Shown one piece after another: positions 13,674 to 27,192 of a DNA stretch of 64,000 nt. The stretch spans positions 73,532,001 through 73,596,000 of the forward strand of contig OX597825.1 of assembly GCA_951406725.2 (NCBI GenBank), read 5' to 3'. A program made the position numbers and the translations under genes. Below the pieces are notes generated by a model, which was not told where the DNA came from, made no database searches, and worked only from the letters and a program-made list of their open reading frames with translations. Within the stretch, counting starts at the first letter, position 1. Each line of letters opens with the position of its first letter. The DNA comes from Octopus vulgaris (lineage: Eukaryota).

Positions 13674-14336
13674 TATATATGTATATAATAGAGTCAGTAA
13701 TTAATTTTAGGACCATTAAATTGAACTCCTCTTCCCTGTGGACTTGGAAATAACTTCCCTAATATTAATATTAATTATATATATATACACATACATATAT
13801 ATATACACACACATATATATATATATATAGATACGTACATACATACACATACATGCATATAAATACACGCACACACACACACACACATGTCATGTAGGTT
13901 GATAGGGTAAAATCCCAGCTGTTTCCTCTTGAAGCACATCTACTTATTCCATTATTATCATCAAATACGTAGTCTCAGATGCTGCTGGATGTTAGTTCAA
14001 ATTACATATTAAAATTGAGAATTATGGAATTTTTATTTGCAGTGTTAATGTCTAACAAAACAGGTAATTGGAGATCTTTTGGTTTGTTTATTCACAAATA
14101 CATGGGTTTCATTTGCTAATAGAAATTATAAAGTGTAACATTTAAGGAATTTTCTACCAGAGATTCTTCAGATAAACAAATTACTTGTTCTTATTTAATT
14201 TCTCTGAAGAATTTCTAATAAGAAATTCCTTACATATCTGTCTAACATGTAAGACTTTGTAGTTCCTATTAGCACATGTAACATATGTAATGGTGAATAA
14301 ATAGTACCCAAAAATTTCCAGTCTGCTATTTTGCTA

Positions 14337-15927
14337 TCATCATCATCATCATCATCGTTTAGCGTCCGTTTTCCATGCTAGCATGGGTTGGACGGTTCTA
14401 CTGGGGTCTGTGAAGCCAGAAGGCTTCATCAGGCCCAGTCAAATCTGGCAGTGTTTCTACGGCTGGATGCCCTTCCTAACGCCAACCACTCCGTGAGTGT
14501 AGTGGGTGCTTTTTACGTGCCACCCGCACTGGTGCCAGACAGAGCTGGCAAACGGCCACGAACGGATGGTGCTTTTTATGTGCCACCGGCACGAGGGCCA
14601 GGCGAGGCTGGCAACGGACACGAAACGGGGCGGTGCTGGCAACGGTCGCGAAACGGAAAGTTCTCTTACATGCCACCGGCACTGGTAACACATCTGCAAT
14701 TTCCATTGATCGATTTCCATTGATCGATTTCGATTCTGATCCTCACTTGCCTCAACGGGTCTTCACAAGCAGAGTTTTGACATGCCACCGGCACTGGTAG
14801 CACATCCGCAATTTCCATTGATCGATTTCGATTCTGATCCTCACTTGCCTCAACACGTCTTCACAAGTAGAGTTTTGTGTCCCAAGAAGGGAAGGTATGC
14901 ATACGTAGGCCGGCTCCATCCCATGTAGAAGGCCACGGGTTATGGACTCACTTGTCCTGCCGGGTCTTCTCGCGCACAGCACACTTCCAGAGGTCTCGGT
15001 CTCTAGTCATTTCCTCAGTGAAACCTAAAGTTCGAAGGTCGTGCTTCACCACCTCGTCCCAGGTTTTCCTGGGTCTGCCTCTTCCACAGGTTCCCTCAAC
15101 CGCTAGGGTGTGGCACTTTTTCACACAACTATCTTCATCCATTCTCGCCACATGACCATACCAGCGCAAACGTCTCTCTTGCACACCACAACTGATGCTT
15201 CTTAGGTCCAGCTTTTCTCTCAAGGTACTTACACTCTGCCGAGTGTGAGTACCGGCATTACACATCCATCAGAGCATACTGGCTTCATTTCTAGCGAGCT
15301 TACGCATATCCTCAGCAGTCACGGCCCATGTTTCACTGCCATGTAGCATGGCTGTTCGTACACACGCATCATACAGTCTGCCTTTCACTCTGTGCGAGAG
15401 GCCTTTTGTCACCAGCAGAGGTAAGAGCTCTCTGAACTTTGCCCAAGCTATTCTTACTCTAGCAGTTACACTTTCAGCACACCCGCCCCCGCTGCTGACT
15501 TGGTCACCTAGGTAACGGAAACTATCAACTATTTCTAGTTTTTCTCCCTGGAAAGTGACGGAAGTTGGTCTCAGAGCATTTTCAGTGTTTATTGTTCCTG
15601 AGCATCTGCCACATACAAAAACCATCTTCCTAGTTAGCCTTCCTTTGACATTGCTGCATCTCTTATGTGTCCATAGCTTACACTTGGTGCATCTTATAGA
15701 GTTTCTACCTACACCTTTTCTACAGATCGAGCAGGGCCATCTACCTGAAGGTGTTTGTGATTTGTCTACCTTCCTACTGATTACGACTTTGGTTTTAGCT
15801 AGATTGACTCTGAGGCCCTTCGATTCTAATCCTTGTTTCCACACCTGAAACTTCTCCTCCAGTTCTGATAGCGACTCAGCAATTAGAGCAAGGTCATCAG
15901 CATAGAGGAGCTCCCAAGGGCATCCTG
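14337..15927 (-). mobile_element. 5'-truncated RTE-clade LINE: RT C-terminal half with PHD-like finger, 3' UTR and (ATG)n tail
   Basis: CPWELLYADDLAL, FRYLGD, MLHGSETW, RRLRWYGHVARM and GRGRPRKTW motifs. ORFs 15269-16009 and 14948-15265 are one frame split by a single TGA (probable CGA decay). (CAT)n on + at 14337-14356. Confidence 0.92.
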
Positions 15928-16019
15928 GGCTATATATATATTTATATGTATATAATATATGTCTTGCAAACAACTTGCACATGCAAGTGCTACCAGTCGA
16001 GAACTCCACATACTGGAAG

Positions 16020-16810
16020 CCAGTAAGTGTATGGGGTCATCAGGAGAGAATGCATGCCATTTCGGGCCTACCTCTTGATGGCATCAATGTGCACTGCCCC
16101 CACTCACTGATATGAGGCCCCACTTGCTAGATCAACTGGTTATTAAATAAAGCTCACTATTTCTCTGGCCATTGCTCATCGTCTCTTTTTAACCAAATCC
16201 AGTGGCTAGCCTTCTCCACTGTAGTTTGGATATCGGTCATGGTGGTATTGACTTTACGATGAGTTAGGCCTAGCGATAACAACAGTCGTCTCACACTGTG
16301 TCCAGCAAACCCTCTACAACCGATTTCAATTGGAAAATGTTCTGCTTTCTAGCCTGCGTCTTCACATTCCTCGAGGATGTTTACATAACGGTCAATTTTT
16401 TGAGCCGAGCGGTGTCCATGTTATCTTCATCAGGAACCGTTAACTCGACTTTCTTCCCTCAAACACACTACATCAAAATATCTGGTTCTTTCGTAACTGG
16501 GATGGGAAAGAACCCCTGGCACCCAGGTAAATCTGCAGTCACTTTCCAATAGCCGTTCCACTTTTCAGCTCTCACAGGAAGTTTCTTGTTCTTCTTCTTG
16601 AAACGAATCCGCTGACCTGAGCACAGGAAGGTAATGAAATCTCCTTTTGGTACTTTCAACGGTTTTTTCTCAGTGTTGTTGAGATGAATTTGGTTCTTTA
16701 TAGCATTGAAGATCATCTTAAGGACCAAGTTGTGACTCCAGTGTTGTTGAGATGAATTTGGTTCTTTATAGCATTGAAGATCATCTTAAGGACCAAGTTG
16801 TGACTCCATG
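16020..16810 (-). mobile_element. 3' remnant of an RLE-type non-LTR retrotransposon (HERO-like), degenerate
   Basis: Hand translation across stops and a frameshift gives EPDILM..KKVELTVPDEDNM...HFPIEIGCRGFAGHSV...VEKASHWIWLKRDDEQW. This fits the PD..E restriction-like endonuclease and WxWxKR C-terminus. A 68-bp tandem duplication lies at 16671-16808. Confidence 0.75.
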
Positions 16811-17399
16811 TATACCTATTCAATGCTAATATATAAAATATGATATCTACTCCTCATTTTGAGTATCCAACAACAATATGAGTCTTCAAAGACAGTTGCT
16901 CCAATAAATTCTAAAATAAAATTTAGGATTTATGGAGGGTCAAAGTTGGAAACGAAAAATAGGGTCCTTTCTCTGTGTTAACTTCCGTTTTCTTTTTTAT
17001 GTTGTTGTTTACGTATTTCACTTGTTTTACCCTCGTTTGTTTACATATTTCATGTTATTTGCACTGTTGGTGACGTCCTGTATTCATATACACATTATAT
17101 ATACGTTATATATAATATATTATTTAATTTTTAATTGAACACAATGCATCCATTTCCAAGTAGGTATATATATATATTGAGTCTATAAGAGATAATGGTG
17201 TCAATGAGACCCAATATATGTATATATGTATATGTTGATAGATAGATAGATAGACATTTATATTTATAATTATGAAAGTTACAGAGAAAGTTTTAGCTTA
17301 ATTGATGAAGAACAAAATTAGATTATACAGAATTAGACGAGATGCAGCTTGGTTTCTTGCCAGGGAAGAGTATTACAGATGTTATCTTCTAAGAGTGTG

Positions 17400-19650
17400 A
17401 GCTAAAAGTAAACCATTGTACTTGGCATTCATTGGCCTGTAGAAAAATCTTTCACGAAGTCCCTTGCTTTTTTATCTCTAAAGACGTTCAGAGTTGATAA
17501 ATGTCTTGTTAAAGTGATACAAGACTTGTATAGGGGTGCTGTCAGTAGGGTGATAATTGGCCATGACAAATTTAGTGTACACAGTCGCCTCTCATTCATC
17601 ATAGTACTCCAAGCCATAACAGAGGAATTTATAACTGGCTGCTGGTAGGGGCAACTATATCCTGATGACCTCACACATATAGCAGAGTCTGTAGTAGAGA
17701 TAGAAAAGCAATTCTAGTATGGAAGCAAAGCCTTAAATTAAAGTGCCTTAAAGCTAAGATTGTGAAGATCAAAGCTGTTGTTTGCAAGAAAGCAGGTAAG
17801 AATATCTCTCCATCAGGTAAATGGCCCTGTTCAATATGTAAGAAATGAAAAGGAAATAATTCCATTCCTTGCACACAGTGCAAGCTATCGGTACATAAGA
17901 GGTGCCGTGGAATCAAAGGTAGATTAAGAGAGAAAGTCATCTTTGGAAGGGGCACATGTGCAGGAACAACACATAGGAATTAAATTTTCCAAAATGCCCA
18001 GATGGCATCCTAAAGTTTGTAGATGGTTTCTGTTACCTAGATGAGCAAATTAGCAATAGAGGAAGATGTTCAGAAAGTTTATTTGCCAGAGTAAGAATAG
18101 GATGGTGAAAGTTTAAAGTCTCTTTTGGCAACAGAAGGCCTCTCTCAGATCAAGAGGTAGATTGTATGGTGCTTGTGTATGGTGCTTGAGAGAAATGAAG
18201 CCGGTATGCATTGATGGATGTGAAACATCAGTGTGTGTATGTATGAAAAAGTGCATATGTGTTGAGAGAGAAGTTAATCATAAGCAGAATCAGATGTATT
18301 GAGATTACGATGATTTGGATATGTGATGTGTGATGTGTATGAATGAAGACATCTGTACAAAAGAAGAGACAAATGCTTGAAATGGATGGAACCTGTAGGA
18401 TAGGGAGATCCAGGAAGATATAGGATGAATTAGTAAGGGCCAATCTCAAGATGTTGAACCTCACAGAAGATACAACAATGGACTAAGATGTCTTTTGATA
18501 TGAGGTTCTTGAGAAGACCTGTTCACCTCAGCAAAACTGAGTCATGGAAGTGTTGTGTATATTGTGCTCTCCACGACATGTTACATCAATTCACACATGC
18601 TACCCCAATGGCCCAGGCTACATCTCTTCATGCAATATGCTTGTCTCTCTTCCATTGCTCCTTATCATTTCTCAGATTGTTATCTCTCTCTCTCCTGTCG
18701 TCCTTCTCCTCTCTGTATCATTGCTATCCTTCTGTTTCTCTGTGGAGGCACATGGCCTAGTGGTTAGAGCAGTGGACTTACGGTCGGGGGATCGCGGGTT
18801 CGAATCTCAGACCGGGCGATGTGTGTGTCTATGAGAGAAACACCTAAGCTCCACGCGGTTCCGGTCGAAGGTAATGGCGAACTTCTGCTGACTCTTTCGC
18901 CACAACTTTCTCTCACTCTTTCCTCCTGCATCTTGCAGCTCACCTGCGACGGACCGGCGTCCCGTCCAGGAGGGGAACTTATATGCCAAGGAAACCGGGA
19001 AGCCAGCCCTTATGAGCCAGGCATGGCTTGAGAAGGAACAAATAAAAAAAAAAAAATTTCTGTTTCTCTAAAAACCCTCATCCACCTCTAACCGCATTCC
19101 TCTCCTCCTCTTTTGTTCCCCTTTGAAACTCTTGTTTGCCTCCTTCTCATTCACCCTTACCAATCCCCAGTACCACTTCCCTTACATTCACCCCCTTGTA
19201 CCTTGAGGCCATGTCCTCGCATCTCAATACATTCTTCTCTCTCTCTCCTTCTGCCTCTGTTTCTGTCTGTCTGTCACTCTTTCTCTCTTTCTCACCAATA
19301 GAGATAGCCATGTATCTCCTTAAAGCATGACACCTGTTTCTGTCTCCCTATCATAATTTAATCTCTCATCACCTGACATAAAACCACTTCTACCCAGTAC
19401 CAACTGTCTCCTCTCTGTTAAAAGTTCTAAGGTTACCTTGTCAGTGCTGGTGTCATGTAAAAAGAACACAGTACACTCTTTAAAGTGGTTGGCATTAGGA
19501 AGGACATCCAGCCAGAGAACCAGTACCAAAGCTGACTACAGCTCAGCACACACAGACATTTGGCTTGCCAGCTCCTGTCAAACCATCCAAAGCAATGCCA
19601 TCATGGAAAATGGATGTTAAATGACTATGATGCTGATGATGATGATGATA
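17400..19650 (+). mobile_element. Old, heavily decayed RTE LINE related to 14337-15927, interrupted by a SINE
   Basis: Remnants FIIVLQAITEEF, LYPDDL and GKWPCSICKK*KGNNSIPCTQCKLSVHKRC; 3' TGGTTGGCATTAGGAAGGACATCCAGCC block and (GAT)n tail near 19630. Confidence 0.75.
18743..19055 (+). mobile_element. tRNA-derived SINE family 4 with V-domain-like block
   Basis: A box TGGCCTAGTGG, B box GGTTCGAATC, CCTGCGACGGACCGGCGTCCCGTCCAGG block and A-rich tail. Reverse copy at ~33505-33815; a related head at ~35624. Confidence 0.8.
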
Positions 19651-19706
19651 TATACATATATACATACATACACATATGCACACAGACAAATATATATATA
19701 TGTATG

Positions 19707-19740
<34 letters not shown>

Positions 19741-19864
19741 TGTATGTATGTATGTATGAATGTATGTGTGTATGTATGTATGTGTGAGTGTATGTGTGTG
19801 TGTATGTATGTATGTATCTATGTATGTATGTATGTATGTATGTATGTGTGTATGTATGTATGTT

Positions 19865-19902
<38 letters not shown>

Positions 19903-20150
19903 TATACATATATATATATATATGTATGTATGCATAATTTCCAAACTCATGTTATATATAATCATGAACCATATTCTGCCAACCAAATTTACCAGACGGT
20001 TTCATGTGAAAATATTTGGTTATGCTTTATGCATAGGGAAATGTGATTTCGTATGCAACCATCTGGCAAACTTGCCTGGCTAAGCATGGTTCTCGTAAAG
20101 TATCAAATTAAAATTACATGTATGTATGCACATACAAGTACATATATATA

Positions 20151-20189
<39 letters not shown>

Positions 20190-20213
20190 TATATATATAT
20201 ATATATATACATA

Positions 20214-20394
20214 TAGGCATAGGAGTGGCTGGGTGGTAAGTAGCTTGCTTACGAACTGCATGGTTCCAGGTTCAGTCCCACTGTGTGGCACCTTGGGCAA
20301 GTGTCTTCTACTATAGCCTCGGGCTGACCAAAGCATTGTGAGTGGATTTGGTAGACGGAAACTGAAAGAAGCCCGTCGTATAAATATATATATG

Positions 20395-20425
<31 letters not shown>

Positions 20426-20638
20426 TTATATCTGTATGTATATGTTTGTGTGTCTGTGTTTGTCTCCCCCAACATCATTTGACAACCGATGCTGGTGTGT
20501 TTACGCCCCCGTAACTTAGCAGTTCGACAAAAGAGAACCAATAGAATAAAGATTAAGTCCTGGGGTCGATTTGCTCAACTAAAGGCGGTGCTGCAGCATG
20601 GCCACAGTCAAATGACTGAAGCAAATAAAAGAATGCAA

Positions 20639-20640
<2 letters not shown>
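20214..20640 (+). mobile_element. SINE family 1, near full length
   Basis: Head GGCATAGGAGTGGCTG..GGTAAGTAGCTTGC through tail AAAAGAAT. Other + copies at 22275-22620, 26994-27387 and 51290-51692. Confidence 0.85.
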
Positions 20641-20677
<37 letters not shown>

Positions 20678-20969
20678 GGTGCTGAAAAGTTCCTTAGAAA
20701 ACTGAAGAACTACAGCAAAATACCCATTACACTCCAGGAGTGTAATGGGTACTTTTTACATACCACTGGCACGGATACCCTCTACATGACAGTAGCAATG
20801 GCCATGATTACAATTTCCTGGGTACCATTTTCATGACACTGGCAACGACCATGATTATGATCTCACTTGGCTTCAGGAGTCATATTACCAAAAGTTTTGC
20901 TCACTCATTATTGCCTCAGTGAGGACCAACATGTACATACATAAGTGTATATATACATATATATATATA

Positions 20970-21492
20970 TATAAGTGTGTGTGTGAATCTGCTACATATG
21001 TGGAAAATTGGTGTGTGTTTGTTTGTGACGTTAGCTAACTCCTCCTACATTGTTTTATTGATTTTGATGACACGTGAGTAGAACTCATGTCTGGAAACCT
21101 CATGGCATACTTAGATTGTACAAAAAATCGATAATATGGACCCTGGAAGTGATCTTTATATCTACCTCATATAATTATTTATTTTAAACACCCAAGGGAA
21201 ATAATCCATAACACCTACATTATATTTTTTAAATAGTCAAGGGAAATAACCCATAGCACCTGCACTATATTTGAATTCTTATTTTTAGGTAATTAATTTC
21301 ATGTTATTACATAACTAACTTCACAATTTAGGTATTCATAACTTATTGGGATTTCCAAAAAACAAATCCTATGTAAGACAGTTCGGTATTCTCAATAAAT
21401 GCACAAAAACTGTTGTAAGGGCTACATACATTATGAGAATTGAAATAAGGGATAAGCCCCACTTTCCCAAGAATTACCGGGTATGTCCACTT
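20970..21492 (+). mobile_element. Degenerate Helitron-like non-autonomous element
   Basis: GTGTGTTTGTTTG near the 5' end and CCCAAGAATTACCGGGTA...CTTGT at the 3' end resemble the hairpin-plus-CTAG ends of the other Helitrons here. Confidence 0.35.
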
Positions 21493-22379
21493 GTATATAT
21501 ATGTATGTATGTTTGTATGTATGTAATATGTTTCTATTTTGTTCTTCATTTTTAAGATAGTAGGTTATGATTTGAAATGCATTCAGCTGTTATTTGCACC
21601 ACATCAAGTGAATACATTAAAGATCGTTTGATTAATGATATTGGACTGATCATCTATTGTCAGTTAGCCAGGGTTACTGTTCGTCTTTTTATCAACTTAT
21701 TTATCTTTAGTTGCTTGAAGCAATGGTGCTCCCCACTTTGTCGGCACGGTTCTGTGGTATGAAGTTTGTATGAGTGTGTGGTAAGGTGTTTGTTTTACAA
21801 TGCCATGCTTCTAGGTTCAATCTCAGTATGTAGCACCTTGGGCAAATGTCTTCTAGCCCTGGGCTAACCAAAGCCTTGTGACTGGCTTTGGCAAATGGAA
21901 ACTGAATGAAACCCATTCTACATATATACAAACAAACATACATATATGCATACATATCCATATTTAGTCATATAGATACATACACACACATATATATATT
22001 CTCCTCTTGGCAGTCCATTGATCTCTGATGAAGACATAGTCTGTGGTATGTGTATATATATATATATACGAAAGAAGGTTTGAAAATGCAATTTAATAGA
22101 TGTTTATTTACTTTACCGGTTTCACTCTTTGGAAAAAGAATGTCAAAAGTAACATGTAGAAGTTTGGTTGCGTTAATTATTGGTTGTTGCAAATTGCTAC
22201 ATTACATATATACAGTCTTTGGCATATATATATATATTACATACACACACACACACACACATACTATATACTACTGCGTGGCATCTTGGGCAAGTGTCTT
22301 CTGCTATAGCCCCGGGCCGACCAATGCCTTGTGGATGGATTTGGTAGACGGAAAGTGAAAGAAGCCTGTCGTATATATG

Positions 22380-22410
<31 letters not shown>

Positions 22411-23162
22411 ATTTGTGTGTCTGTGTTTGTCCCCCTAGCATTGCTTGACAACCGATGCTGATGTGTTTACGTCCCCGTCGCTTAGCGGTTCGGCAAAAGA
22501 GACCGAAAGAATAAGTACTGGGATTACAAAGAATAAGTCCCGGGGTCGATTTGCTCGACTAAAGGCTGTGCTCCAGCATGGCCGCAGTCAAATGACTGAA
22601 ACAAGTAAAAGAGTAAAAGAATTATATACATATATGTACATATATCCACTCTAGTCTGGTCTGGGAATCGAACTCACTAACTCATGATTGTAAGCCTGAT
22701 GCTCTAATCACTGAGCCATGTCTTTTGTAGTCTTACAAGTATTACAAATTTTTTTGCTAGCTCTGCATGTGTATCCATTTCATTCTACAACATGGGGGAT
22801 TTTGAGCAAATCAATGCTATGAATAACTGCTAATCCTTTTAATGCCATTCTGTCTGAGACCTGATTCCAATTTTACAATATAAAGCTGTCTATTTTAAAA
22901 TGTTTTATATTTCAATTTCAAACTTCTGTCAATTTCATGTTAGAATATTTTGTTTATTTACTTATTTAGCCATTTTTTTTTTTTAAATATCACATTTCAT
23001 GTAAAAGCTGTAGGCATGGCTGTGTGATTAAGAAGTTTGCTTCCAGACTGTAGGCTTTCAGGTTCCATTTCACTGTGGTACTTATGATGAGTGTAGCCCA
23101 GGGACAGCCTAATCCTTTTGAATGCATTTAGTAGGGGGAAACTGAAAGAAACCCATTGTGCA

Positions 23163-23205
<43 letters not shown>

Positions 23206-23206
23206 T

Positions 23207-23360
23207 ATCTCTCCTTGTTTCTTTCTGTGTTCCTTTCTGTGGAAGAGCATAGGCTCGAAATTTTAAAGACTTATTCACTTCCTGAGCGTTATACTACTAC
23301 ATCTGTTTGTTGTCTACACCACCTGTCTTTGTCTTCTGTTTTTTTTTGTGAATTCTACAT
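23207..23360 (+). mobile_element. Short (TA)n-flanked repeat family B with hammerhead-like motif (Penelope pLTR-like)
   Basis: TTTCTGTNGAAGAGCRTAGGCTCGAAAT.TAAAAGAC recurs at ~11000-11131 and ~27655-27810. Confidence 0.65.
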
Positions 23361-23604
23361 ATATATATATCACCATCATCATCATCATCATCATCATCAT
23401 TTAACGGCCGCTTTCTATGCTAGCATGGGCTGGACAATTTGACTGAGGTCTGGTGAACCAGATGGCTGCACCAGACTCCAATCTGATCAAATATATATAT
23501 ATGTGTGTGTGTATGGATATATATATATATAAAAGCAATTATGTGGATAAACAATCATCATCATCATCAAACAAATTAGATATATATATTTAGTTTGGGT
23601 ATGA

Positions 23605-23666
<62 letters not shown>

Positions 23667-23891
23667 TAGTAATAATAATCCTTTCTACTATAGGCAGAGG
23701 GCCTGAAATTTTGGGGTAGGGGCCTAGTTGATTACATCGACCCCAGCAGATGACTGGTACTTATTTTATCAACCTTGAAAGTAGGAAAGGCAAAGTCAAC
23801 CTCGGTGGAATTTGAACTCAGAACGTAAAGATGGATGAGATGCGGCTGAGCATTTTGTCTGACCTGCTAATGATTCTGCCAGCACACTGCT

Positions 23892-23964
<73 letters not shown>

Positions 23965-24516
23965 TAATAATAATAATGATAATAATAATAATAATAAATG
24001 ACATGGAACAGATATCGGTTTCCCAATGAATGCGTTCTAGAATAAAATTTGCTGAGAGATAGTGCTGTTATCCTAAAAATATATATATATATGTGAGTGT
24101 GTATGTGTATATATATGTGTGTGTGTGTGTGTGTATGTGTGTGTGTGTGTATGTGTGTGTGTGTGTGTGTGTCTATGTGTATATGTTTTTGTGTGTATGT
24201 TTGAGTGTATAGGTGTGTGTGTGTGAGTGAGTATGCATGTGTACTGTATACGTGTGTATTGTGTGCACTTTGGCTTTTTAGGATAATGACACTATCTTCC
24301 TGCAAATCATTAAAAGGTGATCAACAGGGGTGACATCAAGAAGGAAAGTCAACCGTAAAATACTGCAAAGCCCTCAGCCAATCCATGCCAGAATGGCAAG
24401 ACAAGGATAAAAACAAGGACAATAAAAAAAATAATGGTGATCTTGTGTAGTCCTCAGAAAGAGAGAGAGAGAGAGGTGGGGTGTTGGAGAGAAAATTGGG
24501 AAAAAGAAGGAGAGAA

Positions 24517-24569
<53 letters not shown>

Positions 24570-24748
24570 TAGATGGATGGATAGATAGATAGATAGGTAG
24601 ATAGATAGATAGTTAGATAAATAGACAGACAGATAGATATGTTGGTGAGTGGATATATAGATAGATAGATAGATCGATCGATCGACAGACAGACAGACAG
24701 ACAGAGAGATAAATAGATAGATGGATGGATAGATAGATATATAGATAG

Positions 24749-24828
<80 letters not shown>

Positions 24829-25943
24829 ATGGATTGATAGACTGAGAGTTAGACAGATAAGTCACTGGCTAGATTGATGGTTAGATGAATGGATAGACAG
24901 ATGAAGATATATATATAAGTATATATATGTGTGTGTGTGTGTTTCTTTATATATATACAGAGAGAGAGAGAGGGGGAGAGAGAGTGGTAGAAGGTGAAAG
25001 AAGGGGACAGAAAGGTTAGCTGTTCTTCAAACCAACTGAAATTGTCGCCTAGAATCTAAATTACAGTCAATTATTCATGGTTGGAAAGCAGAACAAGAGA
25101 CAGTGATCCATCAGAAGACATGCAACGTAAAAGAGACCTGGAGGAGGAAGAACCCATGAATTTAGAACAATTTATTTGTCATGCATTTATTTCTTTATCT
25201 TGCAACAAACACAAAAAAATCTCAAGGAATAATTACACTGGTTTCCAAACAGAAATCTTAAGCACTTCCATTGCTTTATGTTTCAGAACCGGGCTTGCCA
25301 ACCATCGAGTCACAGACCAGTACCAGGCCATGGCTCATTTGGCACCGGGCTGCAGAGTAAGAATAAGTTTTAAATTCTGTTTCTATTTAATTGACTATCA
25401 TAGTCGGTAGATTGCTTATGCATCATATATGTCTTAAAAGGGTATAGACACCTGTCAGTCATGAATGACCATGAGATAGCACCTTGAAAGTTACCTTCCT
25501 AGGCACAAGTCCATGCAAGTTTGTTTATAGAAGACTAACAATCGCCCATGCATATTAGCCAATCCTCTCTACGCCACTAATGTTATCCAAGGGAAAGGCA
25601 AAGGCTGATACATCTTGGCACCAGTGACGTCACAACTTATTTCTACAGCTGGAGCAATGTGAAAATAAAGTGTCTTGCTTAAGAACACAACACAGCCCGG
25701 TCCAGGAATTGAACTCATTACCTCATGATTGTGAACCCGATGATCTACCCATTGAACCATGCACCTTCACATATGCCTTATAAATGCAATATAAATGTAT
25801 TATATCATATTGTCTTTTTTCTTTACCTTTTACTTGTTTCACTCATTTAACTGTGGCCATGCTGGAGCAATGCCCTGAAGAGTTTAGTAGAACGATTTGA
25901 GTGCAGTTCTTACAGTTTTTTAATTTTTTTTTACTGAAGTTCA

Positions 25944-25978
<35 letters not shown>

Positions 25979-26102
25979 AGTATATATAAATAGATGAGTG
26001 TATTTTTTCCTTTGTTAACAAGTAACACAGAAAAAATAGATAAATAGTTACCAGGGTAGCAAAAAATCACACAAGTAAAGAATTATACCTGCGTTAAACT
26101 CC

Positions 26103-26149
<47 letters not shown>

Positions 26150-26153
<4 letters not shown>

Positions 26154-26985
26154 GCAACCTTGGTTCTTGACCATAATTTGTTCTGAAAGGTCTGTTCTAA
26201 AACTGAATTGTTCAAGAACCAAATCATTTTTTCCCATTACAATTAATGTAAAAGAGATTATTTCATTTCCAAGCACCAGATGAATGCTTATTTACATGCT
26301 TACACTATATATCTTAATATAAAAACGTTTATTCAATCTGTAAATAACACATAGATAGTGTGTTATTTCTTAGAAGGAGAGTCCCCTTCCATAAAAACTT
26401 CTGGTAACTGTCTTTTGGAGGATATCTTCCCTTCTCTGTCTCTTTGGTTTAGGTAAATCTTTTTCTGGGTTTTCTTTTCTTTTTTCTTCCAGTGAACACC
26501 TGTCCAATCTTAGTTGCTTTTACCTGCGTTGTAAAATTTTTCTAAAACGAGACATGACATTGTCATTGAAAAGGTTTACTGCTCTATTTGCTACCACTGT
26601 TTGAAGGTGGTATTTTCCCACAAATTTCTTTGATTAAAGAACTTGGGACATCCTCCTTTCCTTTCTTCCTCCTCGGAAGACATTTCCGCAACCAAAGTCT
26701 TTTGCTGTTCATTTTGAAAGTCTACGAGTTCTTTGGTGGTAAGCTCTGTATGGTGGTCTTCTACCAGCTCTTCAATATCTTCACAGTCAGCATCCAAGCC
26801 CATAGTTGTTCCCATAGAAACAATATCATCAACAATAACAATTTCCCCGAGCAGCAGTACTTGTAACTGTCTCAAAGCCATCAAAGTCTCATTCTGGTAC
26901 AAAGTCTGGCCAAAGTTTCCTCCATGCTGAATTCATGGTTCTGTAACTCATTTGGTTCCATGCATTATCAATAAGGTTGACACAA
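26150..26985 (-). mobile_element. pogo/Tigger-like DNA transposon, 3' fragment
   Basis: Minus strand reads VNLIDNAWNQMSYRTMNSAWRKLWPDFV and IVDDIVSMGTTMGLDADCEDIEELVEDHHTELTTKEL. TIR-like end CAGAGCAACCTTGG lies next to (TA)n. Confidence 0.8.
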
Positions 26986-27161
26986 TTATAAAAGGTACAG
27001 GAGTGGCTGTGCGGTAAGTAGCTTGCTTACCAACCACATGGTTCCGGGTTCAGTCCCACTGTGTGGCACCTTGGGTGAGTATCTTCTACTATAGGCTTGG
27101 GCTGACCAAAGCCTTGTGTGTGGATTTGGTAGATGGAAACTGAAAGAAGCCTGTCGTAAAT

Positions 27162-27192
<31 letters not shown>

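Noticed and set aside
13285-13716. 143-aa minus-strand ORF
   Set aside because: It crosses the junction between the fold-back arm and the inserted retroposon, with no recognisable domain.
14500-14880. Regularly spaced GGTGCTTTTTATGTGCCACC repeats (also 59605-59870 and 61830-62380) resembling a CRISPR array
   Set aside because: The intervening sequences are related to each other, the block lies in an RTE 3' UTR, the context is eukaryotic and there are no cas genes.
18743-18815. tRNA-like sequence with A and B boxes
   Set aside because: It continues directly into a multi-copy SINE body; it is a SINE head, not a tRNA gene.
25081-25410. 109-aa ORF in unique sequence
   Set aside because: Non-ATG start, no recognisable motif and no convincing splice sites; kept only as a non-repeat island.
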